Shown here piece by piece: positions 54,092 to 62,013 of a stretch of DNA of 62,013 nucleotides. Position 1 is the first letter of the stretch; every line of letters begins with the position of its first letter. The notes below the pieces were generated by a model. The model worked only from the letters and a program-made list of their open reading frames with translations, was not told the DNA's origin and made no database searches. The translations under genes were made by a program, and so were the position numbers. Source of the stretch: Deltaproteobacteria bacterium (GTDB taxonomy: Bacteria > Desulfobacterota > Syntrophia > Syntrophales > Smithellaceae); the NCBI GenBank assembly GCA_021372815.1, contig JAJFTS010000149.1, positions 1-62,013 on the forward strand, given 5' to 3'.

Positions 54092-54748
54092 ATGGATAAA
54101 GATATTCTTGTATTGAGCAGGCAGGCGTTGCAAATGAATATCGAGCTGAGCGATCAACAGCTGGCTCAATTTGATACCTATCAGAACGAGCTTCTGCAAT
54201 GGAATGCCAAAACCAATTTAATTTCGGAAAATTCTTCACAGGAAATTATCACCCGCCATTTTCTGGATTCATTGACGGCCCTGCAATTTATTCAAAAGCC
54301 CGATGCCCTGGTGATTGATATCGGTTGCGGCGCCGGCTTTCCGGGCATTCCCTTAAAAATAGCGCGGCCCTCTTTGGAAATTTATCTGCTGGAAGCCAAT
54401 CGTAAGAAAGTTTCTTTTTTAAAACATATTACCCGTCTCCTGAATTTATCCCCCGTGTCTATTCTTCACGACCGGGTTGAAAATATTATCAAAAACGATT
54501 CTCTGAAGGAAAAATTTGATATTTTAATTTCCCGCGCTACATTCAAATTAGACGAGCTTCTTTTGCTCGGTGATTTTTTTTTAAAGCCAAAAGGTGAAAT
54601 GATCGCTTTAAAAGGCCCTCATGTCGGACAGGAAATTAAGCGGTGTTTAGAAGCCGGAAATCGTTATAAAATATCTCAATTGATTCAACATGATATAAAG
54701 GCTGAATTTCTGGCCGCTCCGCGAAAAATTATTATCGGAAAAAAATAA
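54092..54748 (+). CDS. rsmG: 16S rRNA (guanine527-N7)-methyltransferase RsmG
   Basis: Start re-picked at MDKDIL. WNAKTNLIS...RHFLDSL...DIGCGAGFPGIPLKI. Confidence 0.9.
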   Translation: MDKDILVLSRQALQMNIELSDQQLAQFDTYQNELLQWNAKTNLISENSSQEIITRHFLDSLTALQFIQKPDALVIDIGCGAGFPGIPLKIARPSLEIYLLEANRKKVSFLKHITRLLNLSPVSILHDRVENIIKNDSLKEKFDILISRATFKLDELLLLGDFFLKPKGEMIALKGPHVGQEIKRCLEAGNRYKISQLIQHDIKAEFLAAPRKIIIGKK

Positions 54749-54833
54749 AAAAATCTTCTAAAAAGCTTTTTTTTGTGCTAGTGCTATCGCTGGTTCTTGC
54801 AAAAGAATTTATTTTTTTACGCTCAATAAAATA

Positions 54834-55601
54834 ATGAATAAAATTATATGTATAGCAAACCAAAAAGGTGGTGTAGGTAAAACCACCACGGCGATAAATT
54901 TATCTGCTTCCCTGGCGGCGGCAGAAAAAAAAACTTTGCTCATTGACGGCGATTCTCAGGGCAATTCTACAAGCGGTATTGGAACGGACAGAAACGCTTT
55001 TCAGGCGGCTAATTTATACCACGCCATGATCGGCCATGTGCCTCTTAAAGATGTGATTATTCACACGGCCATACCCCATCTGGACGTCGTGCCGTCCAAT
55101 CAGGATCTTATAGGAATTGAGTTTGAGTTTATCGGTCTGGAAGAAAAAGAAAAGCGGCTGAAGAATTTGCTGACTTCTCTGGACAGTCATTATGATTTCA
55201 TCATCATTGATTGCCCTCCGTCGCTGGGCATGATGACCGTCAATGCGCTTGCCGCTTCCGACTATTTGATTGTTCCCTTGCAGTGCGAATATTTCGCGAT
55301 GGAGGGATTGGGATATTTGCTCAACACCGTCAAGCTGGTGAAAGCGCAATTAAATCCCAACCTGGCTTTAGGCGGCATTTTACTGACGATGTTCGATCAG
55401 CGCAATTTATTATCTCATCGCGTATCGGATGATGTGCGCAAACATTTCGGCGATAAGGTTTTTAAAACGGTTATTCCGCGCAACGTGCGACTTTCGGAAT
55501 GTCCCAGTCACGGGTTGCCCATTATTCTTTACGATATTAAATCGCGCGGAGCTTTGGCTTATATGGAAATGGCCAGGGAAATCATTCAAGGGGGATTGTA
55601 A
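54834..55601 (+). CDS. parA: Chromosome partitioning ATPase ParA/Soj
   Basis: Deviant Walker A NQKGGVGKTTT. IIIDCPPSLG. Confidence 0.93.
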   Translation: MNKIICIANQKGGVGKTTTAINLSASLAAAEKKTLLIDGDSQGNSTSGIGTDRNAFQAANLYHAMIGHVPLKDVIIHTAIPHLDVVPSNQDLIGIEFEFIGLEEKEKRLKNLLTSLDSHYDFIIIDCPPSLGMMTVNALAASDYLIVPLQCEYFAMEGLGYLLNTVKLVKAQLNPNLALGGILLTMFDQRNLLSHRVSDDVRKHFGDKVFKTVIPRNVRLSECPSHGLPIILYDIKSRGALAYMEMAREIIQGGL

Positions 55602-56456
55602 ATGGCACAAAAAAATGTGCTGGGAAAGGGACTCGGTGCAATATTTCCGGATTTACTAAACGAATCAGACAAGAAAAAACAATTTTCCTGCGGAATTGAA
55701 GAGCTTCGTCCCAATCGCTATCAGCCCCGGAAAAATTTTAACGACGACCGGCAAAAGGATTTGATCGCTTCCGTAAAAAGCAGCGGCATTATCCAGCCGA
55801 TCATTGTCCGCAAGGCGGAAGATGGTTATGAAATTATCGCCGGCGAACGACGATGGCGGGCAGCTCAGGCTGCGGGTCTGAAAGATGTGCCCATCGTCAT
55901 CCGCGAAGCGACCGACATGGAAGCCGCGGAAATTTCTCTTATTGAAAATATTCAACGGGAAGAACTCAATCCGCTGGAAGAAGCGGATGCCTATGTAACG
56001 CTCGCGGAAAAATTTCAACTTTCCCAGGAAGAAATTTCTCAACGCGTGGGAAAGGATCGCTCCACGATAGCCAATACCATCCGTCTTTTAAAACTGCCGG
56101 CTCAGGTCAAAACCGCGCTGACGGAAAAGGTCATTTCTGCAGGCCATGCCCGTTGTTTACTGGCTTGTTCGTCACTTGAAGATCAAATCGCGGCGCTTCA
56201 TTTAATTTTAAAAAAAGATCTAAATGTTCGGGAAACAGAACGCTTCATTCAAAAAACTAAAAATCAGCCGGCAGAAAAAAAACCCGTCGCCAAGAAAGAC
56301 CGGTTTCTGAATGATTTGGAAAAGGCCCTGTCAGCCAAATTGCTGGCGAAGGTGCAAATTAACGGTTCGGATAAAAAAGGCTTGATTGAAATCAGATATA
56401 CATCTATGGATGAACTGAACCGATTATCGGGTTTTATCCTGGATGAATTATCATAA
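55602..56456 (+). CDS. parB: Chromosome partitioning protein ParB/Spo0J
   Basis: IQPIIVRK...YEIIAGERRWRAA (ParB box), HTH region STIANTIRLLKLP. Confidence 0.93.
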   Translation: MAQKNVLGKGLGAIFPDLLNESDKKKQFSCGIEELRPNRYQPRKNFNDDRQKDLIASVKSSGIIQPIIVRKAEDGYEIIAGERRWRAAQAAGLKDVPIVIREATDMEAAEISLIENIQREELNPLEEADAYVTLAEKFQLSQEEISQRVGKDRSTIANTIRLLKLPAQVKTALTEKVISAGHARCLLACSSLEDQIAALHLILKKDLNVRETERFIQKTKNQPAEKKPVAKKDRFLNDLEKALSAKLLAKVQINGSDKKGLIEIRYTSMDELNRLSGFILDELS

Positions 56457-56468
56457 ATTAATGTTTCC

Positions 56469-56496
56469 AAGCTTATCCACAGATGTGGATAAGCTT
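56469..56496. promoter_or_regulatory. Inverted pair of perfect DnaA boxes in a 28-nt palindrome
   Basis: AAGCTTATCCACAGATGTGGATAAGCTT. TTATCCACA at 56473-56481 and TGTGGATAA at 56484-56492, 24 nt before the dnaA ATG. Confidence 0.8.
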
Positions 56497-56515
56497 GTTT
56501 ATAAAGGTTGTTATA

Positions 56516-57865
56516 ATGGACGCGTTTTGGGACAAAACCAGTAAAATTATTCAGGAAAAAATTAGTAAGCAAAATTTTGACACGTGGATAAAACCGATCA
56601 AAATTGTTGCCATGGAAGACCAGCGTGTGCAGCTGGCAGTGCCCAATAAATTTTTCAAAGACTGGCTTTTGGATAACTATTGCTCAACCATTAAACAATC
56701 ACTGAAAGATGCGGCAGGGCTGGAGGTGGATATTGATTTTGTTTTATCTAAAAATCAAGAAAAACAATCGGAACCGGCTACCAAGCAAAATGCTCACTCT
56801 AAAAGTGCCTCAGCCCCCATGCACTCCAAAAGTAAAAGTTTTTCTTTCCTGAATGAAAACTATAATTTTGACCGGTTCGTTGTCGGTTCGTGTAATCAGT
56901 TTGCCCATGCCGCTTCCATTGCCGTTGCCAAACAACCGGCCAAAAATTACAATCCTCTTTTTATATATGGCGGATCCGGACTGGGTAAAACTCATCTGCT
57001 TAATGCCATCGGACTGCTGGCCTCTTCCATGCATCCGACATTGAACATCATGTATGTTTCCGCGGAAGAATTCATGAATGAAATGATCAATTCCATTCGT
57101 TACGACCGGATGCCCAAGTTTAGGGAAAAATATCGCAATATCAGTTGTCTGTTAATTGACGATATTCATTTTCTGGCGGGAAAAGACAGGACTCAGGAAG
57201 AATTTTTCCACACTTTCAACACCCTGCACGACTCCGGAAAACAGATTGTTGTCACCAGTGACAAATTTCCAAAAGATATCCCGAATTTGGAGAGCAGGCT
57301 GCGTTCCCGTTTTGAATGGGGGCTGATTGCCGATATTCAACCACCGGAAATAGAGACAAAAATTGCCATTATTGAAAAAAAGATACAGGAAAATAAAATA
57401 GAATTACCCAATAATGTCATTCATTACATCGCCTCACACGTTGAATCCAATATCCGTGAGCTGGAAGGATTTTTGGTCAGAATAGGCGCTTATTCATCTT
57501 TAACAGGAAGGGAAATAGACCTGGATTTGGTAAAGGAAGTATTACGGAGTCTGGTGAAATATAATAAAAAAGGTGAAATCAGTATTGAAGAAATCATGAA
57601 GGTTATTTCGGGAAAATTAAATATAAAAATATCGGATATTAAAGCTCATAATAAGAATAAAAATATTGTCTTTGCACGCCAGTTGGTGATGTATTTATCA
57701 AGAAAGCATACCAACTATTCTTTCCCGGATATAGGACAAAAAGTAGGTGGACGTGATCACTCCACAGTGATTTATGCTTATAATAAAGTATTAAACAACA
57801 TTAAAACGGATGTGAAGTTAAAAAACTTAATTCAGGAAATTGAGGATATTTTAATCAACAAATAA
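56516..57865 (+). CDS. dnaA: Chromosomal replication initiator DnaA
   Basis: Start re-picked at MDAFWDKTSKIIQEK. GGSGLGKTHLL, LLIDDIHFLAGK. C-terminal DNA-binding VFARQLVMYLSRKHTNYSFPDIGQKVGGRDHSTVIYA. Confidence 0.97.
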   Translation: MDAFWDKTSKIIQEKISKQNFDTWIKPIKIVAMEDQRVQLAVPNKFFKDWLLDNYCSTIKQSLKDAAGLEVDIDFVLSKNQEKQSEPATKQNAHSKSASAPMHSKSKSFSFLNENYNFDRFVVGSCNQFAHAASIAVAKQPAKNYNPLFIYGGSGLGKTHLLNAIGLLASSMHPTLNIMYVSAEEFMNEMINSIRYDRMPKFREKYRNISCLLIDDIHFLAGKDRTQEEFFHTFNTLHDSGKQIVVTSDKFPKDIPNLESRLRSRFEWGLIADIQPPEIETKIAIIEKKIQENKIELPNNVIHYIASHVESNIRELEGFLVRIGAYSSLTGREIDLDLVKEVLRSLVKYNKKGEISIEEIMKVISGKLNIKISDIKAHNKNKNIVFARQLVMYLSRKHTNYSFPDIGQKVGGRDHSTVIYAYNKVLNNIKTDVKLKNLIQEIEDILINK

Positions 57866-58028
57866 TTAACTTTTTGTGTCAAATTTATAAACAGGCAAAG
57901 ATTGATTTAAGGTTTTAATTTTTTTTAAGAAATATTATTAATCAACATATCAACAGGGATTACTATTAATACTATTTTTTTATATAAGGAAAAAATCAAA
58001 AGAAGAATAATAAAGACAAGGAGGAAGT
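57866..58028. promoter_or_regulatory. Very AT-rich dnaA-dnaN spacer (candidate DNA-unwinding element / oriC part)
   Basis: About 80% A+T by eye. Degenerate DnaA-box-like 9-mers TTATAAACA (57885-57893) and ATATCAACA (57947-57955). Confidence 0.45.
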
Positions 58029-59138
58029 ATGGAATTTAAAATCAATAGAGAAACCTTTCTTGACGGTATTCAAAAAACATTAGGTATTGTTGAGAAAAAA
58101 ACGACAATACCTATTTTGAATAATATTCTTATCAAAGCCGATGCCAATAAAATTAAAATTATAGCTACCGACAGAGAGATAATTTTAATTTCCGATTATG
58201 AGGCGGAAGTATTGGAAAAAGGTGAAATTACGATTTCAGCTAAAAAAATGTATGAGATGATCCGGGAAATACAAGGAGAAGTAATAAATTTTATTCAAAA
58301 AAACAATATTGTCAAAATATCAGCCCAAAGAGCTTTTTATAAAATACCCGGATTGCCGGCAGATGATTTTCCCAGTATTGCCGATGATCAGGATATCCAA
58401 CTTTTTAAGGTTCAGGGAAGTGTCATGAAGGATTTGATCAGTAAGACGTCATTTGCCATGGCGACTGATGAAACAAGAAAAAACTTGAACGGCGTTTTAT
58501 TGGAAGCGGGTATGGATGGGGCTAATCATTTATTAAGAATGGTTGCCACAGATGGACATCGTCTGGCCATGGCTAAAGGTTTCACATCCGAAGCCACTTT
58601 CAAGACGGGAAAAGGAATTATCATTCCCCGTAAAGGATTAATGGAAATCAAAAAGGTTATTGATGAGAATGAAGAAGTTAAAATTGGTTTAAATAAGAAT
58701 ATGTTTGTCGTGAAAACGGAGAATACTCTTTTGAAAGTCAGCCTGGTGGATGCAGATTACCCTGACTATAAAAAAGTTATTCCAACCGAAAAAGGAATAA
58801 CTGTTACGCTGGAGAAGGAATATTTTCTGCATGCGTTAAGAAGAATGAGTGTTGTTTCTTCGGAAAGATACGGTGGTGTGATTCTTTCATTTTCCGAAGG
58901 TAAATTAACATTGAATTCTACCAATCTTGATGTTGGTGAAGCAACAGAAGAAATAGATATTATTTACAGTGGAGAGGTTATCGATAGCGGCTTTAATGTC
59001 AATTATTTAATTGATGCGATCTCCGGGGCTAATAAAGACCAGATTGTATTTGAAGTCGGTATGGGATTAAAACCTTCCGTGATTAAACAGGCGGATGATG
59101 ACAATTATTTGTGCATTATTATGCCTTTAAAAATATAG
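58029..59138 (+). CDS. dnaN: DNA polymerase III beta sliding clamp
   Basis: 369 aa. ILNNILIKA...ATDGHRLA...DYPDYKKVIP. Confidence 0.95.
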   Translation: MEFKINRETFLDGIQKTLGIVEKKTTIPILNNILIKADANKIKIIATDREIILISDYEAEVLEKGEITISAKKMYEMIREIQGEVINFIQKNNIVKISAQRAFYKIPGLPADDFPSIADDQDIQLFKVQGSVMKDLISKTSFAMATDETRKNLNGVLLEAGMDGANHLLRMVATDGHRLAMAKGFTSEATFKTGKGIIIPRKGLMEIKKVIDENEEVKIGLNKNMFVVKTENTLLKVSLVDADYPDYKKVIPTEKGITVTLEKEYFLHALRRMSVVSSERYGGVILSFSEGKLTLNSTNLDVGEATEEIDIIYSGEVIDSGFNVNYLIDAISGANKDQIVFEVGMGLKPSVIKQADDDNYLCIIMPLKI

Positions 59139-59156
59139 CAGCAGAGAGGAAGTTGA

Positions 59157-61571
<2,415 letters not shown>

Positions 61572-61573
61572 TT

Positions 61574-61620
61574 AGCAAGTTAGAATTTGTTTCTTTAGAA
61601 AACAAATTCGTAAACTTGCT
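61574..61620. repeat. 47-nt interrupted hairpin after gyrB
   Basis: AGCAAGTT..AATTTGTT (61574-61591) pairs with AACAAATT....AACTTGCT (61601-61620): two 8-bp stems with an internal loop. Confidence 0.65.
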
Positions 61621-61621
61621 T

Positions 61622-61669
61622 ATCCCGCATTGCGGGATGCGTACATTAAAAAACATCCCGCAATGCGGG
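61622..61669. repeat. Two copies of palindrome ATCCCGCA(T/A)TGCGGG(A/G)
   Basis: ATCCCGCATTGCGGGAT at 61622-61638 and ATCCCGCAATGCGGGG at 61655-61670. The copies are inverted relative to each other. Confidence 0.7.
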
Positions 61670-61701
61670 GCTAATTAGAAATTATTTTGAATATTAATTG
61701 C

Positions 61702-61724
61702 ACCGGCATGACTTGCCGGTTTTC
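61702..61724 (+). terminator. Terminator/attenuator-like hairpin just upstream of gyrA
   Basis: ACCGGCA-tgact-TGCCGGT followed by TTTC. The gyrA RBS lies about 15 nt downstream. Confidence 0.4.
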
Positions 61725-61747
61725 ATACCAAGAGAGGAAGGGAAAAA

Positions 61748-62013
61748 ATGGAACGTGATATCCACCATAAGCAAACCCTGGTGAATATAGAAGATGAAAT
61801 GAAAAAATCCTACATGGATTACTCCATGAGCGTCATCATCGGCCGGGCTATTCCCGATGTGCGCGACGGCCTCAAACCGGTGCACCGACGCATTCTGTAT
61901 TCCATGTATGAAACAGGCTACCGCCACAATAAACCCTACAAGAAATGCGCCCGTATCGTCGGCGATATCATGGGTAAATACCATCCGCACGGCGACGCGG
62001 CGATTTATGACAC
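61748..62013 (+). CDS. gyrA: DNA gyrase subunit A (N-terminal fragment, runs off window)
   Basis: Not in the ORF track (open at the edge). My translation reads [53 protein letters not shown]...[13 protein letters not shown]. Confidence 0.95.
   Translation, partial: MERDIHHKQTLVNIEDEMKKSYMDYSMSVIIGRAIPDVRDGLKPVHRRILYSMYETGYRHNKPYKKCARIVGDIMGKYHPHGDAAIYD

Overview
62-kb chromosomal segment from a diderm (Gram-negative-type) bacterium. All homology calls rest on motifs I recognise by eye; no searches were run. The right end is the replication-origin neighbourhood (rsmG-parA-parB-dnaA-dnaN-gyrB-gyrA, 54-62 kb, plus strand). Almost everything left of about 53.9 kb is on the minus strand, which fits an origin-proximal strand switch. 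Content is mostly housekeeping and envelope genes. These include a MacAB/DevCBA-like ABC exporter with HlyD adaptor (3.5-9.3 kb) and a complete Mla lipid-transport operon (mlaFEDC, mlaA, an OM beta-barrel; 9.3-14.5 kb). They also include epmB-efp-epmA (19.9-22.7 kb), tolQRAB-pal-cpoB (24-29 kb), and a block with a LolB-like protein, a TPR protein, yibQ, ctpA, cysS, argC, rpsI and rplM (29-37.3 kb). I saw no rRNA, tRNA, CRISPR array, transposase or integrase. The non-ordinary signals are: (1) a 1.45-kb AT-richer passenger cassette splitting the ABC ATPase and permease genes, bounded by a perfect 13-nt inverted repeat and inverted 7-nt periodic arrays, and carrying a REP/MITE-like 110-bp tandem block; (2) an MlaF ATPase fused to a degenerate GGDEF-like domain in an operon with no mlaB; (3) a dispersed ~55-nt hairpin element (4 copies at 3 loci) with compensatory stem changes; (4) a 2.1-kb AT-richer islet between rplM and a DegT aminotransferase gene, holding an inverted-repeat-flanked miniature element, an overlapping small-protein/nucleotidyltransferase-like pair, and a small membrane protein with a long structured leader facing an antisense terminator; (5) a secreted papain-like protease locus; (6) candidate oriC elements. 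Start codons were re-picked where RBS or signal-peptide logic supported it.
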